A DNA stretch of 64,000 nucleotides from Octopus sinensis (taxonomy: Eukaryota). Positions 51,201-61,661 of this stretch are shown piece by piece. The DNA lies in contig NC_043019.1 of assembly GCF_006345805.1 (NCBI RefSeq), forward strand, positions 12,151,360-12,215,359. The letters are read 5' to 3'. The notes beneath the pieces were generated by a model, which was not told the origin of the DNA, searched no databases, and was given only the letters and a program-made list of their open reading frames with translations. The translations under genes were made by a program, and so were the position numbers. Positions within the stretch are counted from its first letter, which is position 1. Every line of letters begins with the position of its first letter.

Positions 51201-54200
51201 AAGAGTATTTACATTGGTATGCAAGTTTATGGCAATTTGTGTGCACTGGTTGCATAATTTATGCACCTGGCTTAGATGGGAATGAGGAATGGTGCTAGTG
51301 CAAAAAGCTTACCTGAACCTGTCCATCAACACTTTCTTCTGGTGTCGGTTCATCATCCTCATCAGCATCCTCATCACTATCTTCATCAGCACCATCGTCA
51401 TCATCTTGAGGGGTTTCTGAAGGTGGTGATGGGGTTACTTGAGCAGATGAGGGTGTTGTTGTCTCCTCTTCTTGCTGGCTGACCTCGTCCTCAAGTTTCT
51501 TGGGTTTACGATAAATCTCTTTGATGTTGGGCCACATTTTCTCAACAAAGTGGTCATAACTTGCATCAGTGGCTTCTTCCATGTATTCCTAGACAGATAT
51601 AAAAAAAAACGAACTGTAACTGAAGGGGAAGAACTTCTACATGAGCACTTCACCTGCTAAAAATAGCAGCCAATCTTCCTCAAATCTACGATCTTAAAAA
51701 GAAAAAGAGGTAATGCAGATATGCAAAAAAATTATAAATAAGACCCTCATACCTGGAATACTTTCGTTCACAGGTATGCTGGATCAAAACTGATTTGGGA
51801 TAAGCAATAATAACAAATGTCAAGAATTTATGTTATACAAGCTTGTCCTTCCTGGTGCCACTTAGGAAGCCCCCATGCTGATTTCATGTGAAAAGTACCC
51901 AGCACACACTGCTAAGTGATTGGCATTAGGAAGGGGAGACAGCCATAAAAACTATGCCACAACAGACAGAGTTTGGACAGCTCCGGGCAAGCTAGCTCCA
52001 TGTCAAACCATCCAACCCATGCCATCATGGAGTGTGAACATTAAATGATGATACTATATTTAAGAGACGAGGAATTATGTACATTATTTACATTTGACAG
52101 ATATTTGTCCTCATCTTGTTTACAAGCCCTAAAATTCACTCCATAATTGCCCACGGGTACATGGCATAGTGGTTAAGTGCAAGATTTCAAGTTCTATTCC
52201 AAGCAGTGACCTGATAATAATAATAATAATAATAACATTGCAAAATACTTTGTGATGTTATTATTTCTAGTCCTTTTTGCACAAGTCCCCTGGCTGCTGG
52301 AGATAAAGTTGGACAACTGTTGTGCTGATGATAGCTATTGAGACAGAAACACATGACCACAAATGTCCTCTTCTTTCAAGACAATAAACTTGTCCTTTTA
52401 TGCCATAGTGGCATGTCAGTTTTGGAGAATATTTGATTCTGGTGATTATCTCCCCTTCTGCAGTGGAGCTGGTCTTGATTTCTATTTGGTAATAGAGGTA
52501 GAGATAATTTGAATAAATCAAGAAATTATATTGTATGGTATTTGATATACATGCATTTGTCTATGTTCTTCAAATACATGCCACCAGCCACTTTGAGTTA
52601 TTTCCCTTGGATGCTTTTCAGTTTTGAATTATGTAAATACATATTTTGAGAGTGAAAAATATCCATAGAAGACAAAAGACCAGACATACAGAGGAAGACT
52701 GGATATGGGAGAGGAGGAGGGAGAGGGAAGGGGAGAAGGGAGAGAAGAGAGGGGAGAGAGGATGAGGAGGAGGAGAGGGGAGATATGAGGAGGAGAGGGG
52801 AGATATGAGGAGGAGAGAGGAGGGGAGAGAGGAGGAGGAGAGGGGAGATATGAGGAGGAGAGGGGTAGGAAAGGGGAGAGATGAGGGGTAGGAGAGGGGA
52901 GAGAGGATGAGGGGTAGGAGAGGGGAGAGATGAGGGGTAGGAGAGGGGAGAGATGAGGGGTAGGAGAGGGGAGAGATGAGGGGTAGGAGAGGGGAGAGAT
53001 GAGGGGTAGGAGAGGGGAGGAGGGAGGGAAAGAAGATGTATCCATCCATGTCCTCTCCATGTAGAAACCATACCAAAGCAGCAGACATTGGAGCATAATG
53101 AAAAGGGATTACTTCACTGATGGTGGGACCCTTTTTGACAGATCCTGTCAAACTGACCAATCCATGCCAGCATGAGAGATAGAAATTAAATGACGAGAAA
53201 CGTTTTAACTTGCCATTTTTAACCCTTTGGCGTTCAGATTAATTTGTCAAAAGTAATCCTTATTCACATTAAAAAAAATTTATCTGATATTATTTTGTAC
53301 CTTCAAGATAGGAAAGATGTAATTGCTTATTTTTAGAGTGACATTGCAGGGTAGGTGTGAGATGCATAAAATGTGTAGAATATTTGGGCCGGATATAGCC
53401 GGTTTAAACACTAAAGGGTTAAATAAAGAAGATAACGCTGACAGAAATGGGCAGACGGTGATGTGGAACTTTTAAGAATCTTATAAATCACTATATATTA
53501 ATTACTAGCAGTATCACCCGGCGTTGCTCGGGTTTGTAAGGGAAATAACTATATAAGCATTTTTAGAGAGTTATAGCCAAAAAATAGCAAAAAAATGCAT
53601 TAAAAATGGAAAAAAAAATGATGGTAGATTTTTTTTTAAATCGTTGACTCATCGTAGACATTTTTAGAGAGTTACTTCCCTTATATAATAGCGAATAAAA
53701 TGCATTAAAATGGAAAAAAATGATGGTAAATTTTTTTTTAAATCGTAGACTCATCGTAGACGCGCGCTAATACCCAGAAGGGCTCGATATGAATCACGAC
53801 TATAAGATACCCGGGTTTTGGTTACACTGCACCGCAAAATGTGGGAGTAGTTAGGAATCTAAACTGTAGGAGACAGACACACAACTTCACTTTTATATAT
53901 AAAGATACGATGATAATAAGAATATGAAGGTGTTTAAGAGAATGAGGGTGGAAGTCATATTTGGAAATAATTCTTACTTTCGCTTCATCGTCTGATACGG
54001 TACCATCACTGTCGATATCAAACTCTGAGTGACTCTTTAACTCATCCACGCTGACTCTAGGAAAAGAAATATAAAGATATTTAGATTTCAACTTATAAAC
54101 AAAGAAAAAAATACTCAATGCAGGAGTGGCTGTGTGGTAAGTAGCTTGCTTACCAACCACATGGTTCCGGGTTCAGTCCCACTGCGTGGCATATTGGGCA

Positions 54201-57200
54201 AGTGTCTTCTACTATAGCCTCGGGCCGACCAATGCCTTGTGAGTGGATTTGGTAGATGGAAACTGAAAGAAGCCTGTCGTATATATGTATATATATATAT
54301 GTATTTGTGTGTATGTTTGTGTGTGTTTGTCCCCCTAGCATTGCTTGACAACCGATGCTGGTGTGTTTACGTCCCCGTCACTTAGGGGTTTGGCAAAAGA
54401 GACCGACAGAATACATACTGGGCTTACAAAAGAATTAAGTCCCGGGGTCGATTTGCTCGACTAAAGGCGGTGCTCCAGCATGGCCGCAGTCAAATGACTG
54501 AAACAAGTAAAAGAGTAAAGAGAGTAATGCAGTTGATCGCATCACAGGAAAATCTAACATGGTTTGAGGCAGATCCAGCTGGTTTCCTCAAATATTTCAT
54601 AACCCACAATGAGCGCCGGGTTCATCACTTTGAGCCAGAGACAAAGAGATAATCCATGCAGTGGCAACATCCTTCCTAACCTGCTCCATAGAAGGCCAAG
54701 GTCATTTCATCTGCAGAGAAGACAATGGCCTCAGTGTTTTGGGATGCAAAAGGCATTGTGTTTATTGACTACCATCAAAAGTAGCCATACCATCAATGGA
54801 GAGTACTATGCCAACTTGCTGAGGCAGCTATGGAAGGCTATCAAGACCAAATTCCAAGGAAAACTGTTTCATCAGGACTATGCTCCAGCATACAAGTCCT
54901 TGGTTTCAATGGCTGCTGTGCATGACTGAGGCTGTGAATTGGTTGATCACCCTTATTATCCTGATTTGGCCCCCATCTGACTATCATCTGCTCTCCAACA
55001 TGAAAAATCTCTTGGCTGGGAAGCAGTATTACAGCAATGGTGTCATATCTACTGTTGAGGACCTTTTTTCCATCAGGATAAAGGCTTTGTTGCCAATGGG
55101 ATCCAGACACAGTAACACTGATGGAAGAAGTGTGTTAATAGCAAGGGAGACTGTGCTGAAAAATAAACTTCATTCAATCACATTCCACGAGAGTATATTG
55201 ATCAGGCTATGAACTGTTCAGCTGTCTTTCATATACAGCCTTATAGACCAGCCATAATTATATATATATGACCCATTAACTAAAAACTCCACATTCCCCT
55301 CATAAACCATTATACACACAACCCTATATACCATCTAGAAATGCTTATACACAACATTATGTACCACAAACCATTATACATGCAAGCATCTATACCACTC
55401 ACTTACAACCCTGCGTACACAAAATCATTATACATTCATATACATATATGGCTCAGTGGTTAGAGCGCTGAACTTACAACCGTGAGGTTGTGAGTTTGAA
55501 TCCTGGACCACGGTGCATGTTGTGTTCTTGAGCAAGACACTTTATATCACGTTGCTCCAGTTTACTCAGCTGTAGAAATGAGTTGCGACATCACAGGTGC
55601 CAAGCTGTCTCAACCTTTGCCTTTCCCTTGGATAATATCAGTGGCTTAGAGAGGGGAGACAGATATGCATGGGCGACTGCTGGTCTTCCATAAACAACCT
55701 TGCCCAGACTTGTACCTCAGAGAGTAACTTTCTAGGTGCAATTCCATGGTCATTCGTGACCGAAGGGTGTCTCCAAATACACACATACACACACACAGCC
55801 TTATATACATCTTGTCCATTTTACTTACAACTGGTTGCCGTCACTGTCCAGTTCAGTAAAAGCATCTTTAGCAATGGTTATTTCTTTCTCCTTCTGCAAC
55901 TTCTTCTTCTCCTCTAAAAAGACCAAACATTACAAGAGAAAAATAAGACAAATGCTAAATTTAAAATACATTGAAACAGACAAAAGAAAATGAAATCAGT
56001 CCTGCAAAAATTGTATGTTATGGACGAGCTCTAAGCATGTCGCCCAGCGTGCCAACATTTCTTATTTCTTTACTACCCACAAGGGGCTAAACACAGAGAG
56101 GACAAACAAGGACAGACAAAGGTATTAAGTCGATTACATCGACCCCAGTGCGTAACTGATACTTAATTTATCGACCCCGAAAGGATGAAAGGCAAAGTCG
56201 ACCTCGGAGGAATTTGAACTCAGAACGTAAAGACAGACGAAATACCGCTAAGCATTTCGCCCGGCGTGCTAACGTTTCTGCCAGCTCGCCACCTTAGAGT
56301 GTTTATATAATGATCCTTGTTTTAATGTCTGTGCTTTCCATGCTTTCATGAGTAGAATAGTGTATTGAAACAGATTTACTATAGCTGGACACTCTTCCTG
56401 TGCCGATGTAAAACAGACAATTCAGGCCCGATATGGTCAGTTTAAATAAGGGGTTAACATAAAATTTTGGAAGAGTTTACTTTGGATCACTTTAAAACAG
56501 GATGTTTATAACACAGAAGCAGGTTGATTTAAAAGGGTTTAAAAGATTCAAAGCTGAGGGCATGATGGTGACAATTATGTACAACTATCATGCAATGCTG
56601 AGGTTAGAAACACAAGCATACACACCTACACTTACATACATGTATCCTCGTCATAGTTTAAGGTCTGCTTTCCCATGCAAGGTCAGACGGAATTCATTGA
56701 AGCAGATTTTCTAAAACTGGATGTCCTTCCTGTTGCCAATTCTCACCCGTTTCCAAGTGAGGTAATATTTCCCCATGACTTGATAGGTTTCCACTGAAGG
56801 ACACTCATTGTATGTCAGTGTCAAGACTAATTAAAATCTAAATTTTATGTAATTTTTGTAAAATTATATTTCAAACTCTGTGTCTGGGGAGAATCATTTT
56901 CTTTTTATGCCTTATAATGTAACATATTCACCAGTAAAATTTCCACTTATTTCTTATTAAAAATAAAAATAAGAAATAAATGGAAATTTTACTGGTGAGT
57001 GTGTTACATTATAAGGCACAAAAAGAAAATGATTCTCTCCAGACACAACAGAATATGTTTCAACACATGAACTCAAAGAATCTTGCAAACCAAATCCAAA
57101 AACGAAATATATTTCAAACATTATCTTAAAATGAAAAGTTAAGCTTAATAAGACCCCTGATATATCTTGGTCATTTTAAAAAATTAAATCAAACAAAGCA

Positions 57201-60200
57201 GTACATCTTCTTTGAAAAACAGCAACAAAATGGCTAACATCTTTTCCATGATAAATTCTGACTTAACACGTCTGAATCCTGGTCCTGGTATATCACTGTC
57301 GACAACTTACTCACCCGCTTCCTGGGTAAATTCACTTTTAAACGCCAATATCTTGACATGATATTTGACATTTCCATCAGAACATTTTTCAGGTCACCAC
57401 ATGTCACCCATACAAAATACAGTCGCTTTTCATCTATATACCCATACATTCTCGATGACGTCCTTAATGCTCACCTTCTTTCACAACCTTATTAATGACA
57501 CAAAAATAAGTCACTTTACTTGCTAGAAATAGCAGCTAAAACTTCTCAAAATCACACCTTACCGTATTAAAAGTAAAAGGAAGGATAAATTAAACAATAT
57601 AGTCTTGGATGGTTCATTTAACCCTTTTGTTACCTTAATTATTTTGAGATGCTCTGTATTTCTTTTAGTTATCTTAAATATAACAAAGAATTTAGTAAAA
57701 TAACTTAGTTATCATTAAGCTAGTGTTAGGAACATAAATTGGGACTAAGGTTTAGTGGAAGATTTCAATTCAAAACTTATGAAAACAAGACATTTGTACT
57801 CAGAGCCAGAGCCGGTTTCAGCCGGGTTGATAACGAAAGGGTTAAGCTGGTGTTTGGAACAAGATTTCAATTCAAAACTTATAGAAACAAGACATTTGTA
57901 CTACAGAGCCAGAGGCAGTTTCAGCCAGGTTGGTAATGAAAGGGTTAAGCTGGTGTTTGGAACAGAAATTGGGACTAAGGTTTGGTGGAAGATTTCAATT
58001 CAAAACTTATGGAAACAAGACATTTGTACTCAGAGCCAGAGCTTGTTTCAACCAGGTTGGTAATGAAAGGGTTAAGCTAGTGTTAGGAACATAAATTGTG
58101 ACTAAGGTTTAATGGAAGATTTCAATTCAAAACTTGTGAAAACAAGACATTTGTACTCAGAGCCAGAGCCTGTTTCAGCCGGGTTGATAACGAAAGGGTT
58201 AAGCTGGTGTTTGGAACATAGATTTCAATTCAAAACTTATAGAAACAAGACATTTGTACTACCGAGCCAGAGCCGGTTTCAGCCAGGTTGGTAATGAAAG
58301 GGTTAATCTGTTTCAGTCATTAGACAACAGCTATGCTGAGGTACTGCCTTGAAGAGTTTAGTTGAACAAATCAGAAAAACCTCTCTTTTGTTGAACCACT
58401 AAGTTACAGAAATAAAGTAGTCCAATGAGAGTAACCTAACGGCTACACAGAGTTGTTCTCCATCTTACAATTAGAAGTTAAAATAGAAATAGTGAAGGTA
58501 TGTGGCTTGGTGGTTAGGGTATTCGGCTAAGGACTGTAAGGTTGTGAGTTCAATTCCCAGCAGTAGGTTGTGTCCTTGAGCAAGACACTATTTCATACTA
58601 CTCCAGTATACTCAGCAGGCAAAAATGGAAGTGCCTGTATTTCAAAGGGGGCAAACCTTGTTACATTCAGTGTCATGCTGAATCTCCCCAAGAACTACAT
58701 TTAAGGGTGTGCATGTCTGTGGAGCACTCAGCCACTTGCATGTTAATTTCAGAAGCAGGCTGTTCAGTTGACAGATCAACTGGTACACTCATTATCGTTA
58801 TAATTGGAGTGCCACTAAAACAAATAGGGGGATAAAAAAAAAAAAAGAAAAAAAAACTTACCCTCCCAGGCGTTTTCATGTGTGTCTTTAGCCAATTTTT
58901 CGGGACCTTCTGCTGAATTCTTTTCAGCTGAAGACATAAAATAAAATAAAACAAAACAAAAAATATAAATTATAAAATGAAACAAAAACCTGAAGTGATT
59001 ATCATTTAGAACCCCTCGTTTCCTAGCATAAAGCCAAATGGCGGTGCCCCAGCATGGCCACAGCTCGTGAGCTGAAACTAGAATCAATCAATCAATCAAT
59101 CCACTGCTTTTGGGTCTTGTAAGTCTTACAAGCTACAAGGCATCTTTAGTAGTGCCAGTGGAATGAGAAAAGCATCCAGTACATTCTGTAAAGTGGCTGG
59201 CGCTAAGAAGGACCAACCACTTTACATTATTAAATCACCAGTGCTAAGGACATTACCAAGTACTCAGCAAAACTAAAGGGTCTTCTCAACACTGTCTCCA
59301 CTATACATCATTATCATTTTAGGTCCATCTTCCATACTAGCAGAGGTTGGATGGCTTGACAGTATCCAAAAATCCAAAAATTTGCAGCTATGGACACCTC
59401 TTTTGAAGTGTTTTGTTGACCATATCACCCCAAGTATTTTATTTCATAGATTTCTATATCATCATTTAACATCCTTGTTTCATACTGGCATGGGTTCAAT
59501 GGTTTGACAGGAAGCAATGGGCCCAGAGACTATTGTGTTCCACTGTCCACTTTGGTATGGTTTCTATGCTTGAATGCCCTTCCTAGCACCAAGCACTTTA
59601 CAACATGTACCATGAAGTGGCTGGCACTAGTGAAGTTTTTTGCGTCACTAGCATAAATGAGGCTGCCACGCAGCTTGCAATACTATGATTCCCATATTTT
59701 CAATAGATTAATATTATCTTAATAATGTAAGCACTAAAACCAAAGCAGGGAAGAAACAAAAAAGTAGACACACCAAATGTAGCATATGTGTGTGTGTGTG
59801 TATGTACATATATATATATATATCTATATATATATATGCTCGTTATCAATTTAATCATAAAATAAAAAGCTTTAGGTTAATGAAAGTTTACAGGTTGATT
59901 GTCATAATCGTTGACAATATTTTACATATATTTCGTCCATCTTTACATTCTGAGTTCAAATTCCACTGAGGTTGACTTTGCCTTTCCCCCTTTCTGGGTT
60001 GATAAAATAAGTGCATGTTGAGTCCTAGGGTCAACGTAATTGACTCATCCCTTCTCCAGAAATTGCTGACCTTCAGCCAAAATTTCAAACCAATATTTTT
60101 GCACATATTTACAATTCAAAATGGTCATCCTTCAATTTCATTAACAGTGTAGACGTAGGAATGGCTGTGTGGTAAGTAGCTTGCTTACCAACCACATGGT

Positions 60201-61615
60201 TCTGGGTTCAGTCCCACTGCGTAGCACCTTGGGTAAGAGTCTACTACAGTCTCAGGCCGACCAAAGCCTTGTGAGTGGATTTGGTAGATGGAAACTGAAA
60301 GAAGCCCGTTGTATATATGTGTATATATAATATATATATGTGTGTGTGTGTCTGTTTGTCCCCCCCAATATCGCTTGACAACCGATGCCGGTGTGTTTTA
60401 GTCCCTGTAACTCAGCGGTTTGGCAAACGTGACCAATAGAATAAGTACTAGGCTTACAAAGAATAAGTCCTGGGGTCAATTTGCTCGACTAAAGGCAGTG
60501 CTCCAGCATGGCTACAGTCAAATGACTGAAACAAGTAAAAGAGTATGAAAAAAGCCTTTTTTTTTATTATATCAGCCATCATCAATGCTACAATTTGTTC
60601 ACATATTTTTTTTGTTTGCACTGCCATATTTAATTACAGGTAAACAATAAAGCAAAAGAATGCTAGGAAGCATTACACAACATTTGCAACTATCTTTGCA
60701 AATAATGTTTCGATTTATGCTAGAATAATGGATAAATCATTATTTAAATAATGGTTAAATGTATATGCCACAGCCAATACTTAACCCTTTTGATACCAAC
60801 CTGCCTGAGGCAACCCCTGTTCTATGATACTTTGTGCTTTAAAATTATCTAAAATAAACCCTTCCATCAGAATTTCATATTTATGTTACAAAAGGTGGCA
60901 GGCTGGCAGAATTGTTAGCATGCTGATAATATGCTTAATAGCCTTTCATCAAGCTTTATGTTCAGAGTTCAAATTCTGCCGAGGTCGACTTCAGAGTACT
61001 TCTACACAAAAAAAAAAAAAAAGAAGGTAATAGGTATGATTTAATAAATATTAAACATATTACCTTCCATTTCTGTCTTGTGCTGTTCGGCTGCAATTTT
61101 CAGTGCCTCCAACTCTATCAGTTTGCTCTATATAAAAAAAAGAGATTTAAAAAAAAAAGACAAAAATATTACTAATTCAAAATGAAATTTTAATCACTTT
61201 ATTTCATGTTGCTCCAGTTCACTCAGCTGGTAAAAAATGAGTTGTACCTGTATTTCAAAGGGGCCAGCCTTGTCACACTCTGTGTCACGCTGAATATCCC
61301 CCAAGAACTACGTTAAGGGTACACGTGTCTGTGGAGTGCTCAGCCACTTGCATGTTAATTTCACGAGCAAGCTGTTCCGTTGATCGTATCAGCTGGGACA
61401 CTCGTCATAACTGACAGAGTGCTCCTTTATATATATACATATGTCAACATACTGTTTCTAGCAATAAATCTTTCAAAAATAATGGCAGGTTTACTTTTGA
61501 GATTTTGTGTGTGTGTGTGTGTGTAATATATTTTATTAATATTTAGCAGCTGCAACAGAGTGACTCAAGGGCCAAGAGTTTCATGCAGTGACACTTTAGT
61601 CACAGGTTGAAAAGC

Positions 61616-61661
<46 letters not shown>

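Noticed and set aside
52690-53030. G-quadruplex or R-loop element
   Set aside because: The G-rich strand is not the PRKCSH transcript, and such polypurine tracts are common here
57234-57449. 71-aa ORF on the PRKCSH strand
   Set aside because: No motif, no compatible splice sites and no place in the PRKCSH frame
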